DNA of 64,000 nucleotides from Candidatus Latescibacterota bacterium (lineage in GTDB: Bacteria; Latescibacterota; UBA2968; UBA8231), in contig CBDCXV010000011.1 in assembly GCA_965223905.1 (NCBI GenBank), positions 992,001-1,056,000 on the forward strand, read 5' to 3'. Under the pieces are notes generated by a model. That model saw only the letters and a program-made list of their open reading frames with translations, did not search any database and was not told the DNA's origin. A program made the translations under genes and the position numbers. Positions 38,999 through 48,885 of the stretch are shown here, piece after piece; position 1 is the first letter of the stretch; each line of letters begins with the position of its first letter.

Positions 38999-39987
38999 AG
39001 CGTCCACCCGGAACGAATGCGCTCGATGAAGCGCTTGCCGTTGCCGGAGAAGTGGTCCTCGATCTCGCCGGACGTGAGCCCGAGCATGTCGGCGACCTGC
39101 TTCTCCTGGCGCAGCTGCTCGTAGATGACGAGGGTGGCGCGCGGGTCGCAGTGCGGCAGGTCGGGGATGCCGTAGAACTGCGACCAGGCCCGGGCCCAGG
39201 TGACGTACTTACCGCGATCGCAGCCGGCGACGATGTTGTCGGACCCGAACATCACCCGCGAGCGGTCCTCGTGCTTCATCAGCAGGAAGTGGCTGTAGAG
39301 GTCGTTCACCGCGGAGGTGTCGTACCAGATGTTTGGCAGCCCGGTGAGGAACTCGATCGACTCCTCCATCATGAAGGAGTTGAAGGCGCGGGCGCAGTGG
39401 GCGAGGATCCACTGCGCTCCCGGATAGTCGCGGGTGTAGCGCTCGAGGTCCTGCTGGTTGGCGGGGTCCGCGGGCCCGGTCGGCATCGACAGGTGCATGG
39501 TGATCGCCAGCTTCATGTGGTGGGCCAGCTCGATCAGGTGCTCCGGCAGGAAGTCGCGGATGCGGGCGCTGGCCGGGTCCGGGGCGAAAAGGCGGTACGG
39601 CTTGAGGCCGAGGAAGCGGTGCTTCCTCACCTGCGCTTCCACGTACTCGGCGCTCATCTCCGGGGTGACCAGCATGTTGACCGCGGAGGCCGGGTCGGCG
39701 CTCAGCTCCTGAGCCATCCAGTCGTTGTGCCCTTCGGCGTCGCAGCCGACCACCGGCGTGCCGAGAACCAGGTAATGGATCTCCCGCCCCGGGTAGAGGT
39801 TTCCCGCCCATTCCAGGTGGTCGCGGTAGTCGTGCTCGGCGCGCAGGCCGGTCGGCTCCCCCTGCTGCGAGCCGCGGTGTTCCTCCGACCAGATGTGGGT
39901 GTGCATGTCGTAGATCACCGGGGGCACGAACCCCTCCAGCTCCCTGTTCCAGATGTCGCGGTCGAAATCGGTGTACTCGTATCTCAA
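38995..39987 (-). CDS. Amidohydrolase family protein
   Basis: DMHTH, GLKPY, ILAHC, WYDTS, MFGSD. Confidence 0.85.
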   Translation of the reverse strand: MRYEYTDFDRDIWNRELEGFVPPVIYDMHTHIWSEEHRGSQQGEPTGLRAEHDYRDHLEWAGNLYPGREIHYLVLGTPVVGCDAEGHNDWMAQELSADPASAVNMLVTPEMSAEYVEAQVRKHRFLGLKPYRLFAPDPASARIRDFLPEHLIELAHHMKLAITMHLSMPTGPADPANQQDLERYTRDYPGAQWILAHCARAFNSFMMEESIEFLTGLPNIWYDTSAVNDLYSHFLLMKHEDRSRVMFGSDNIVAGCDRGKYVTWARAWSQFYGIPDLPHCDPRATLVIYEQLRQEKQVADMLGLTSGEIEDHFSGNGKRFIERIRSGWTL

Positions 39988-41096
39988 GACCCTTCCTCCC
40001 TTTCCTTCAGGCGGCAGCAGCGCACGTACGTGACCTGTTCCTCGGTAACGTAGAACGCGGCGGCGATGGTGCCGTCGGACAGCTGCGCGACCGACGGCGT
40101 TCCGAAAGTGAAATGGTGGTACGCCTGCAGGGCGTCGGCGACGGTGTCGCGCCTCATGGCCAGCACCGGGGCGCTGCGGACGCGGGCCGGCTCGATACCC
40201 CAGAGCTCAAGGTGGTTCCCCTCGTCGAAGCTGGCGCCCCCGTCCTCGGAAAGCAGGGCGCGCACCCCCAGCGGCTCGCGGCGGTGGTTGGTGACCGCCA
40301 GTACGCGGCCGCTCTGCAGGCCGAGGACGTCGGTCACCTGGCCCCAGAATCCGGCATCGGCCGGTTCGCTCCAGGTCTCGCCGGCGTCCTCCGAGCGGGA
40401 GGTGTGGACGTTGACCCCGACGTCCTGCTCCAGGTCATGGGTCCAGTAGGCGGCCAGCAGCCGGTCCCCTGAAAGCCGCGTCAGGCGCAGGTCGAAGAAG
40501 TAGAGGCCGCCCTCTCCCGGCCCCTGGATGCGGCGCCACGGTTCCCACGAACGGCCGCGGTCCCGGGAGCGGGTGATTGCAGCGGCCCAGTCGGGAAGCC
40601 GGTCGTCGCTGCCTTCATCCCCCCACTCGCCCGCGGCGATCAGGCTTCCGTCCGACAGGGTCGCCAGGTTGCCCCCGGGTCCCATGTTCTCGAAGGGACG
40701 GCTGCTTACGGCCTGCAGCGGTGACCAGGTGTCGCCGCCGTCCAGGGAGCGGGCCGCCAGCAGTCCCCACTCCTCCCGGCCGGTCGGATAGTGCACGCAG
40801 GCGACCACCTCCCCGTCCGCGGCGATCCCGAACCCCCCGGGCAGCCGCACTCCCTCGCCGGCCTCCTCCGGCGCGGGCAGCTGTCCGGCGCGGTCCCAGG
40901 TCTCCCCGCCATCCCGCGAGCGGTGGATGACCACCTTCCCGTCCCCGCTCTCGCGCGCGCTCCCGTGCCGGCACATGCACAGCAGGGTGTCGTCGGGCAA
41001 CGCCTGGATCGACGGGAAGGCGACGTACTCGCTGGCGAGGTTGGGGTGGGGATTGCGATAGATCGTGCCGTGCCCGAGGACTTCAAGACGTGCCAT
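39984..41096 (-). CDS. Sialidase/BNR (Asp-box) repeat protein
   Basis: AFP motif; Asp boxes SRDGGETW, SLDGGDTW, SRDRGRSW, SEDAGETW, SEDGGASF. Confidence 0.85.
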   Translation of the reverse strand: MARLEVLGHGTIYRNPHPNLASEYVAFPSIQALPDDTLLCMCRHGSARESGDGKVVIHRSRDGGETWDRAGQLPAPEEAGEGVRLPGGFGIAADGEVVACVHYPTGREEWGLLAARSLDGGDTWSPLQAVSSRPFENMGPGGNLATLSDGSLIAAGEWGDEGSDDRLPDWAAAITRSRDRGRSWEPWRRIQGPGEGGLYFFDLRLTRLSGDRLLAAYWTHDLEQDVGVNVHTSRSEDAGETWSEPADAGFWGQVTDVLGLQSGRVLAVTNHRREPLGVRALLSEDGGASFDEGNHLELWGIEPARVRSAPVLAMRRDTVADALQAYHHFTFGTPSVAQLSDGTIAAAFYVTEEQVTYVRCCRLKEREEGS

Positions 41097-41189
41097 GCTC
41101 ACATCCCGCTGTGTTCGTAGTGGCCGAGGTCGGGGTCGACGCAGTCGCGGTGAAAGCTCTTCCCGTGTGGAAGCTCTTCCCCATGAGGT
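41092..41189 (-). repeat. Left copy of a duplicated gene 3' end flanking the AbiE module
   Basis: 41099-41164 matches 43051-43116 with 3 mismatches; 41167-41189 is identical to 43102-43124. Confidence 0.92.
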
Positions 41190-41426
41190 TGGGCGAGAAT
41201 CCGCGGCGCTCCCGGGTCGATCGCCCGTCGGTCTTCAAAGAGAGCCGGGTTCAAAATAGCCCGGTGCGGTCCTGAAGCGAATCACTTTGAGGAGGGTGGA
41301 GTTCGAAGGGCACGGAAGTCGCCGATACGGGTATCGAACCTGCACGCGCCCGGCGGACCCGCCCGGATCTGCGGACGTGCCGTTGCGTCGGAAGGGTATT
41401 GGACAACGGTTGCATTTCAAGCATAT

Positions 41427-41449
41427 TATGTCCACTAATTGTGGACATA
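41427..41449. promoter_or_regulatory. Inverted repeat, putative AbiEi autoregulatory operator
   Basis: tatgtccac-taatt-gtggacata, 24 bp upstream of the antitoxin ATG; TTGCAT (-35-like) at 41410. Confidence 0.6.
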
Positions 41450-41472
41450 GATGCAAATTATTGCGGAACAAG

Positions 41473-42129
41473 ATGCCTGGAACGCCCCCATTATTACGGC
41501 AGCAGATCGATCGGGATGTCTTCGATTACCAGCAGTTGGTCGCCTGTCTGTCCCGATTCAGCAAGCCACGGGACAAGATCCGCAGGTTGTTGGCCAGCGG
41601 AGAGATCGTGCGCATCAGGAAGGGACTGTACGCCTTTGGCGAGCCCTTCCGGCATGCCCCCATCAGCCGGGAACTGCTGGCCAACCTCATCCACGGGCCT
41701 TCCTATGTAAGCCTGGACTACGCGCTCAGCTACCACGGGCTCATACCGGAGCGCGTCTCCACGGTCACCTCGGTGACGGTGGGACGATCCCGCGCCTTCA
41801 CGACGCCCTTCGGCACTTTCTCCTATCGCCGCCTGAGCCAGGGCCGCTACGCCGTCGGAGTCCTCCTCGAAGAGCGGGGGGACCTGTCCTTCCTGATCGC
41901 TTCCCCGGAAAAGGCCCTGGCGGACAAGGTCTGGACCGACAAGCGCTTCGACGGAATCCGCCTGGGGGACTACGGGCCGTACCTGCTCGACGACCTGCGG
42001 CTGGATCCCGACCGCCTGGCCGCCCTCGACCAGGTTCGCCTCGATTCGGTAGCGCGAGCCTGCGATTCGCGGAAGCTTCACCGGCTCACGCGCTACCTGC
42101 AGACGCTGAGGGAGCAAGGCCATGCATGA
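41473..42129 (+). CDS. Type IV TA antitoxin, AbiEi-like
   Basis: IVRIRKGLY, PSYVSLDYALSYHGLIPERV, IASPEKALAD. Confidence 0.85.
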   Translation: MPGTPPLLRQQIDRDVFDYQQLVACLSRFSKPRDKIRRLLASGEIVRIRKGLYAFGEPFRHAPISRELLANLIHGPSYVSLDYALSYHGLIPERVSTVTSVTVGRSRAFTTPFGTFSYRRLSQGRYAVGVLLEERGDLSFLIASPEKALADKVWTDKRFDGIRLGDYGPYLLDDLRLDPDRLAALDQVRLDSVARACDSRKLHRLTRYLQTLREQGHA

Positions 42130-42985
42130 TGCCATTCGCACCATGCTCGACCGCTACGCGTTGCAAACGGGCGACGATTGCGTCAATGCGCTCCGGGAAA
42201 TACTGCAGGAACTTGCCCTGCTCGGTCTCTGGCGCAGCAAGTTCTTCGAACACGCGGCCTTCTACGGGGGAACGGCCCTGCGCGTGCTCCACGGCCTGGA
42301 TCGCTATTCCGAGGACATCGATTTCTCGCTGCTCGCGCCCGACCCGGGGTTTTCGCTCGGGCAATACGGCGAGTCGCTCGCGCGCGAGATCGGCAGTTTT
42401 GGTTTTCGCGTCGAGTTCGAGCAAAGGGCGCCGACCCGGCGGACAGCAATCGAGTCGGCCTTTCTCAAGGCGGATACGCTCGCCCAGTTGCTCGTCATCG
42501 AAGCCGGCCCCGACCTGCTCGCCGGCCGGCATCCCGGGTCGGCCCTGAGGATCAAGCTCGAAGTCGACACCGATCCTCCCGGCGGCTTCGAGACCGAAAG
42601 CCGCTATCTGCTGCGCCCCATGCCGTTTGCGGTGCGTACTTATCGCCTGCCCGACCTGCTCGCCGGCAAGCTGCACGCCATCCTGTGCCGGAAGTGGGGG
42701 ACGCGCGTCAAGGGCCGGGACTGGTACGATCTGGCCTGGTACGCCGGCCGTCATCCACGGGTGCGTCTGAGCCATCTGGAGGCGCGCATGAGGCAGTCGG
42801 GCGATTACCCGGAGGAGGCACCTTTGACGAGGGAGCGCCTGATGGAACTCCTGAACCAGGCGGTCGACGGGCTGGATGTCGATCGCGCCCGTGAGGACGT
42901 GATCCGGTTCGTCCGCGACCCGCGGAGCGTCGAAATCTGGTCGAAGGATTTCTTTTTCGAGGTCGTCCAGCGCATTGAAAGCTGA
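42122..42985 (+). CDS. Type IV TA toxin, AbiEii nucleotidyltransferase
   Basis: FYGGTALR...RYSEDIDF, KLEVD, GKLHA, KGRDWYD. Confidence 0.9.
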   Translation: MHDAIRTMLDRYALQTGDDCVNALREILQELALLGLWRSKFFEHAAFYGGTALRVLHGLDRYSEDIDFSLLAPDPGFSLGQYGESLAREIGSFGFRVEFEQRAPTRRTAIESAFLKADTLAQLLVIEAGPDLLAGRHPGSALRIKLEVDTDPPGGFETESRYLLRPMPFAVRTYRLPDLLAGKLHAILCRKWGTRVKGRDWYDLAWYAGRHPRVRLSHLEARMRQSGDYPEEAPLTRERLMELLNQAVDGLDVDRAREDVIRFVRDPRSVEIWSKDFFFEVVQRIES

Positions 42986-43050
42986 TTGAAAGCTGACGGA
43001 GAACCTCCGCTCACCCCGGCTGCCGGGTCTTCACCGGAACCGGGCCCTGC

Positions 43051-44628
43051 TCATATCCCGCTGTGTTCGTAGTGGCCGAGGTCGGGGTCGACGGAGTCGC
43101 GGTGGAAGCTCTTCCCCATGAGGTACTTGATCTCGAGCTCGAGGTCGCGGAGCAGCACCTCCCCGAGCAGGTGCTCATCCCGGCGGGTCAGGGTCGCGGC
43201 GAGCCGGTTCTCCCCCCGGACCGGCCACTGCTCCGGCTCGAGGCGGAACACGAACCAGCAGGTCGGGCCGCCGCGGTGGCGCGGCGCGCTCATGCGGTAG
43301 GCCTGGTTGATCCTGCGGCAGATCCTGCCGGGCAACCCGGCGCCGTTGAGATCGAAGCGGATCCGGTCGATCTCGGTGACGTTGGAGATGCCGGCGCGCA
43401 GCAGCACCTCGTGGACGCGGCCGCGCTCGTGCCAGTGCGGCAGGTCGTCGCTGATGACGAAGCGCGCCTCCGCGGGCTCGTTCAGCTCCATGACCGCGGG
43501 CAGGGCCGTGGGGGTCAGCGGATTCCACGGCGTGTCGATCTGGGTCGGCACGTAGTAGTACTTGTCCTTTGCCGCCATGATGTCCGGGTGCGGCAGCTCG
43601 CGCAGCTTCTCGTAGAACTGCCCCCCGTACGGCCACTGCTGGAACCACTGCGCCACGTAGAGCCCGTCGACCCCCTGGTCCCAGTAGTTGCAGGCCGCGG
43701 CCCGCGTCATCGCCACCGGGCCGTCCCCGATGCGGTCGTTCCCGACGCGGGCGTGCAGGACCGCGAGCACCCGCGTCTTCGTCCCTGCGGCCGCTTTCAG
43801 GTACGGGGTGAAGTCGAGGTTGGGGTCGAGGCGCTGGGGGCCGGTTATCGGCTCCGGTGCGAGGACGTCGACGATGCCGAGGCGGATCCACTCCTCCGGG
43901 TCGAAGCCGATGCCGGCGCAGTCCTCGAGGCTGAGCGGGACCCGGATCACCAGCTCGCGCCCGTCGCCGCCGCGCTTCACCTCCTCGTGGATGCGGCCGA
44001 TCCAGTCGGTCATGGTCGCGCGCCCGGCCTCGACCTCGTCGGGGTGGAAGAAGAGGAGGGCGTCCTGGTAGTTGAGGTTGAGCTCGAAGCCGTCGACGGG
44101 GTACTCGTTGACCGCCTCCTCGACGATGGCGAAGCGCTCGTCCCGCACCTCCGGGTGCTTGAAGTCGAGGCCGGTGACTCCTGGCAGGCCGGGGTCGAGG
44201 TCCCCCCGGGCGCCGACCTCGAGGTGGGGGTTGTCGAAGCGGAAGTTCGAGCAGCGGACCGGGCAGAACTCGCCGCCGCCGTTCTGTACCAGCAGGGTCG
44301 GGTAGATGAGCACCCCCTTCTCCCGGCCGCGCTCGCAGACCAGGCGCAGCGGGTCGAAGCCGGCATCGATCAGGCCTTTGGCGTTCTGGTGGGCGCGCTT
44401 GAAGACGAGGTGGTCCCACTTGTCGACGTTGTGCCCCCAGAGCTCCCCGGCCCGGGTGTCGTGGAGCATGGTGCGCCCCTCGGCGAGGCCGAACATCAGC
44501 GCCTCGACCGAGGTGGTGGCCAGCTCGTCGACGCAGGCCTGGTACTCCTCCGGGTACATCGGCGGCTCGTACCGGTAGATGTGCGGGTGCCGGCCGTCGT
44601 GGTAGTAGACGATCTTCGGTTTCGCCAT
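43051..44628 (-). CDS. Glycoside hydrolase-like TIM-barrel protein (paralog of 29571-31166)
   Basis: ATG at 44628 after GGGAG; YHDGRH, DGFELN, RELVIRVP, NYWDQGVDGLY. The ORF-track fusion to the upstream gene comes from a frameshift. Confidence 0.65.
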   Translation of the reverse strand: MAKPKIVYYHDGRHPHIYRYEPPMYPEEYQACVDELATTSVEALMFGLAEGRTMLHDTRAGELWGHNVDKWDHLVFKRAHQNAKGLIDAGFDPLRLVCERGREKGVLIYPTLLVQNGGGEFCPVRCSNFRFDNPHLEVGARGDLDPGLPGVTGLDFKHPEVRDERFAIVEEAVNEYPVDGFELNLNYQDALLFFHPDEVEAGRATMTDWIGRIHEEVKRGGDGRELVIRVPLSLEDCAGIGFDPEEWIRLGIVDVLAPEPITGPQRLDPNLDFTPYLKAAAGTKTRVLAVLHARVGNDRIGDGPVAMTRAAACNYWDQGVDGLYVAQWFQQWPYGGQFYEKLRELPHPDIMAAKDKYYYVPTQIDTPWNPLTPTALPAVMELNEPAEARFVISDDLPHWHERGRVHEVLLRAGISNVTEIDRIRFDLNGAGLPGRICRRINQAYRMSAPRHRGGPTCWFVFRLEPEQWPVRGENRLAATLTRRDEHLLGEVLLRDLELEIKYLMGKSFHRDSVDPDLGHYEHSGI

Positions 44629-44639
44629 GTGATCTCCCT

Positions 44640-45750
44640 TTACCTGTGCCAGTCGTACTCGAGCCCGAGGGTGCGGTCGGCCAGGGGCAGATCGACCCGC
44701 TCCCCGCCGGCCGCGGCCGAGAGCTTGAGTCCCACCTCCACCTCGATCGCCCGGGCGACGCGGCGCCCGGAGTTCTTCGGCTCCTCCATCCTGCCCTCGA
44801 TGCAGTCGACGACGTCGGCGAGGCCGAAGACCGTGCCCAGGCCCAGGAGGTCCTGCTGCGGCTCCGGCCACGGCATCTCCACCAGGCGGTCGGCGCCGTC
44901 GACCTGCCGCTTCTGAAACAGCCGCCACCGTCCGTACGGATCCTCGTGCAGGATCTCCCCCTCGCTTCCAGTGAGACGGACGAAGGGGCCGCCCCTGCGG
45001 AACTGCACCATGAGGCCGCTGCCGGTCGCCATCACCCCCTGGCCGCGGAACTCGCCGCTGGCCGGACTCGCGCGGCGGCTCGTCGCCGGTCCCCGCAACC
45101 CACTGCGGCTCGCTGTCGACGAACCAGGACCAGTTCTGGTGCTGCGACAGGTTGCGGTCCGAGACCGTGTCGATGGAGAGGAGCTCACCGATGGCGCCAT
45201 CGAGCAGCAGCTCCTTGGCCCGGGCGAAGGCCGGGTGGTTGGTCGAGATCGCCCCGCAGCAGAGCGGCACCCCGGCCCCGGCGCAGGCGGCGACCATGGC
45301 GTCGCACTGCTCGAGCCGCTCGGCCATCGGCTTCTCGGTGACGATCCCGCGGGCGCCGTGCTCGACCGCGACCAGGGTCAGCTCCGGCCGCATCTTGGTG
45401 TTCGTCGAGATGGCGACGATCTCCGGCTTTTCGCGGCGCAGCATCTCGATGGCGTCGCTGTAGAGGGCCTCGACGCCGTAGCGCTCGCCGAACGCGGCCA
45501 GCCGCCGCGGGTCGCGCTCGGCCGCGGCCACCAGGTCGATCTCCGGGCGGTCGGCGAGGGCCTCCGAGTAGCTCGTCGTCCTGCCCTTGGGATCTGTGAA
45601 CATGGTGTGGAAATAGAAGCGGCGGTGGACGTCGAGGTCGGGGGTCGGGCGCTCGATGTCGTCGACGTGCCAGACCCCCATGCGGTCGGCGAGGTCGTAG
45701 AGCAGGCCCATCCAGCCGAGGCCGATGACGGCGCCGCGGTATCTCGCCAT
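44640..45750 (-). pseudogene. Gfo/Idh/MocA oxidoreductase, frameshifted
   Basis: VIGLGWMG and TEKPM. One extra base at about 45060 (ESG+C+SGEFRGQG) splits the N- and C-halves; the C-half ends TAA at 44640. May be a sequencing error. Confidence 0.8.
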
Positions 45751-45751
45751 C

Positions 45752-46339
45752 TCAGGCGCTCCTGCGCACGAAGCTCTCGGCCAGGGCGAAGACGCAGGAG
45801 CTGCGGTCCCCCCCTAAGGTCGAGCGCCGGATATCCCGGGTGTACGGGGCGCCGGCGACCGGCTCGCCGTCGATCTCGAGGGCCGCCAGGCCGCAGAAAT
45901 GCAGCAGCGAGAACACGTAGTCGCCCGACGGGCTGTCGGGCCAGGGGCCGTTGCAGACGACGGGCGCCTCGACCGCCGCCCAGGCCGACAGGATCACATG
46001 GCCGCCGGTGTCGATGCGCCAGGCCGGATCGGTGCGCAGGTCCCCCGACTCGCTGAACTCGGCGTCGACGACGGGGATCTCCCCCGCCGGCCAGGAGCGG
46101 GTCATCGTCGCCCGCGCGTACTCCAGCACCTCGCGGTTGTCGGTGCAGAGCCCGGTGAACCGCCCCGGGACGTCGACGAGGGCGGCCACCCCGGCCCCGG
46201 CCGGGCACCAGCGGAAGCTGAACAGGCTGACGCGGCCGCTGTCCGTTTCCTGTCCGGGTTCTCGCAGGCAGTTGATCCAGTGCTCTCCGGTCCAGGTCAG
46301 CTCCCCCTCGACCCGGGGCCGGTTTCCCTCGGCGTTCAT
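45752..46339 (-). CDS. Hypothetical protein
   Basis: ATG at 46339 (MNAEGNRPRV...WTGEHW...FALAE); fills the operon gap, stop 1 bp from the next start. Confidence 0.7.
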   Translation of the reverse strand: MNAEGNRPRVEGELTWTGEHWINCLREPGQETDSGRVSLFSFRWCPAGAGVAALVDVPGRFTGLCTDNREVLEYARATMTRSWPAGEIPVVDAEFSESGDLRTDPAWRIDTGGHVILSAWAAVEAPVVCNGPWPDSPSGDYVFSLLHFCGLAALEIDGEPVAGAPYTRDIRRSTLGGDRSSCVFALAESFVRRSA

Positions 46340-46383
46340 CCTCGATGCCTCGCGCGGTTCCGGTGCGAATTCCGCCGCGGCAG

Positions 46384-47736
46384 CTAGCGGACCAGGCGGC
46401 GGAAGGAGTCCTCCTGAAGGCCGGCCTGCAGCAGGCTGTCGATGTCGCCGGTGCGCAGGCCCCCGGCGATGACCTCGAAGGTCTCGCGCACCCCCGCGGC
46501 GGTGGCCGCCACCGCCTCTTCGTCGTGCGCCATGTTGAAGAAGAAACCGGTCGCCAGAATGAGGCCGCGGCGGGCGTTCTCCTGGACGAACAGGGTCGAC
46601 ACCTTCTTCGCCAGCTCGGCGTCGTCGATGTTGAAGCGAATGCCGGGATGGGCGGCGACACCGGCGCACTCGGCGTCGAGGCCGGCGTCCCGGGCCGCCT
46701 CGTTGATCCGCCCCATCAGGTCGGCGCCGATCTTCTCGAAATACGCTGGAGCGTCGAGTCGCCGCAGCTCCTTCAGGGTGGCGATGGAGGCGCTGATGCC
46801 GACGTTGTCGTCCCAGTAGGCGCTCGAGATGAACATGCCGGCCGCGGCCTGCATCACCTCGCGCTTGCCGACCACCGCCCCCATCGGGTAGCCGTTGGAG
46901 ATCGCCTTGGCGAAGACGGTCAGATCCGGGGTCACCCCGGTGAACTCCTGGACCCCGCCCAGGGAGATGCGCCAGCCGCAGGAGACCTCGTCGAAGATGA
47001 GGACGACGCCGTAGCGGTTGGCGAGGTCGCGCACCCCTTCGAGGTACCCTTCCGGCGGCAGCTCCGAGCGCATCGGCTCCATGATGATGCAGGCCACCTC
47101 GCCCTCGTTCTGCTTCAGCAGGTCCTCGAGCATGTCGAGGTCGCCGTACTCGAAGGGGATCGAGGTCCCCTCGAGGGCCGCGGGAACGCCGACCGGATCG
47201 ATCCCGGAGAACAGGTGGTCCTGCAGCTTCTCGCGCCCGAGGTTGGCCGCCAGGTACCAGTCGTGCCAGCCGTGGTAGCCGCTGAACAGCACCTTGTCGC
47301 GGCCGGTGGCTCCGCGCGCGATGCGCACCGCCACGGTGCAGGCTTCGCCTCCCCCCTTGCAGTAGCGGACCATCTCCGCGGACGGGACGATGTCGACGAG
47401 CAGCTCGGCGAGCTCCACCGAGTTCTCGTGGATGATGCTGTAGATCGATCCCCTGTCGATCGCCTCGACGACCGCGGCGTCGACCGTGGGATCGGCGTAC
47501 CCGAGGATGATCGGGCCGACGGCGCTGCCCCAGTCGATGTACTCGTTGCCGTCGACGTCCTGGATGCGGCAGCCTTTCGCCTTCTCGGCGTAGATCGGGC
47601 TGACCCCGAAGGCGGCGCGGGACGGCCGCCGGCTGATCAGCTGCGAGATCCCGGGAATCAGCTCGGCGGCGCGCGCGTGGATCTCGAGCGAGCGGGACAC
47701 GCGCGAGGATGTTTCCGTAGGTGCGGGTGCGGTCAT
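46384..47736 (-). CDS. Class III PLP aminotransferase (glutamate-semialdehyde aminomutase-like)
   Basis: DVDGNEYID, GYHGWHD, IFDEV, FAKAISNGYP. Confidence 0.88.
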   Translation of the reverse strand: MTAPAPTETSSRVSRSLEIHARAAELIPGISQLISRRPSRAAFGVSPIYAEKAKGCRIQDVDGNEYIDWGSAVGPIILGYADPTVDAAVVEAIDRGSIYSIIHENSVELAELLVDIVPSAEMVRYCKGGGEACTVAVRIARGATGRDKVLFSGYHGWHDWYLAANLGREKLQDHLFSGIDPVGVPAALEGTSIPFEYGDLDMLEDLLKQNEGEVACIIMEPMRSELPPEGYLEGVRDLANRYGVVLIFDEVSCGWRISLGGVQEFTGVTPDLTVFAKAISNGYPMGAVVGKREVMQAAAGMFISSAYWDDNVGISASIATLKELRRLDAPAYFEKIGADLMGRINEAARDAGLDAECAGVAAHPGIRFNIDDAELAKKVSTLFVQENARRGLILATGFFFNMAHDEEAVAATAAGVRETFEVIAGGLRTGDIDSLLQAGLQEDSFRRLVR

Positions 47737-47762
47737 GACAGTCTCCGTTGGTTGCGCCGCGG

Positions 47763-48839
47763 CTAGCGGCGGTACTTGTCCAGTTTCTCCTCGTCAACGG
47801 TTACTCCGAGGCCGGGCTCCATGGGCACGCGGATGCGGCCTCCCTCGAAACGCAGCGGTTCGACGAGGATGTCGTCGGTCAGTCCGTGATAGCAGGTGTC
47901 GCTGGGGCCGGAAAAGCCCGGCGTGCAGGCGGCGATGTGGGCGACCGCGGCGGTCTTGAGCCCGAAGTCGTGGCCGCAGTGCATCAGGCAGGGGACGTCC
48001 CAGGCCGAGGCGGCCTCGGTCACCTGCTTGACCGCCAGCACGCCCCCGGACGCGGTGGTGTCCGGCATCAGGAAGTCCGCGGCCCCGGCGGTCACCAGCG
48101 GGGTGATGCTGGCCGGATCGGCGATCCCCATGTTGACGAGGATGCCCATGCCGATCTCGCTGCGGAACTTCGCCAGCAAGGCGATGTGGCTGGAGTCGCA
48201 GGGGTCCTCGAAAAGGCTGACCCCGAGGTCGCGCATCCCCCGCATCTGGCGCTCGGCCACGTCCGGGGCGTACCCGGCGTTGGCGTCGGGGCGCAGCACC
48301 GCCTCCTCGCCGATCTCCTCCTGGATCGCCGCGGCGATGCGCAGGTCCTGCTCCGGGTCGTCGCCCGCCTTCGTCTTGATGTAGCGGAACCCCCACTCCT
48401 CGATGTAGGCGCGGGCGGTCTCGGCCGAGGCGGCAGGCTCCTTGATCCCCATGCAGGCGCAGAAGTCCGCCTCTTCCCGGACCACCCCGCCGAGCAGCCG
48501 GCAGACCGGCAGGCCGGCGCGCTTGCCGAGGGCGTCCCATTGCGCCATCTCGACCGCGGCGATCTCCTGGGCGCCGGCGCCGGCGCGCCTCAGCTTCGCC
48601 ACCGCCCCCTGGACGTCGGCGGCGTGGTGGCCGGCCAGGACGGCGTTGACGTCGCAGCCGAAGGAACCGCTCCCCTCTCCCCAGCCGAGCAGGCCGTCCG
48701 AGGTCTCGAGCCTGGCGATCAGCCCGGTGGCTCCTTGAGTGCCGCGGTATTCGCCGCCCCGATGGCGCCCGACGTACGGACCGACCGGCGGCCGGTAGGG
48801 TATGAACACTTCGGTCAGGGTGATTCGCGCTATCAGCAT
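47763..48839 (-). CDS. Mandelate racemase/muconate lactonizing enzyme family protein
   Basis: ATG at 48839; GWGE, EMAQWDALGK, KTK, RPDAN, FEDP, PGLGV. Confidence 0.87.
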   Translation of the reverse strand: MLIARITLTEVFIPYRPPVGPYVGRHRGGEYRGTQGATGLIARLETSDGLLGWGEGSGSFGCDVNAVLAGHHAADVQGAVAKLRRAGAGAQEIAAVEMAQWDALGKRAGLPVCRLLGGVVREEADFCACMGIKEPAASAETARAYIEEWGFRYIKTKAGDDPEQDLRIAAAIQEEIGEEAVLRPDANAGYAPDVAERQMRGMRDLGVSLFEDPCDSSHIALLAKFRSEIGMGILVNMGIADPASITPLVTAGAADFLMPDTTASGGVLAVKQVTEAASAWDVPCLMHCGHDFGLKTAAVAHIAACTPGFSGPSDTCYHGLTDDILVEPLRFEGGRIRVPMEPGLGVTVDEEKLDKYRR

Positions 48840-48885
48840 CGTCTTCCCCGTGTCCCGGTTCAGGCGGTTCCGCGGCGGGCCCGGC

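Noticed and set aside
43051-45750. 899-aa natural fusion protein
   Set aside because: Explained by a 1-nt frameshift; the downstream gene has its own RBS and ATG at 44628.
46384-47736. hemL assignment
   Set aside because: Lacks the typical GGVNSPVR N-terminal motif and tetrapyrrole context; kept as a generic class III aminotransferase.
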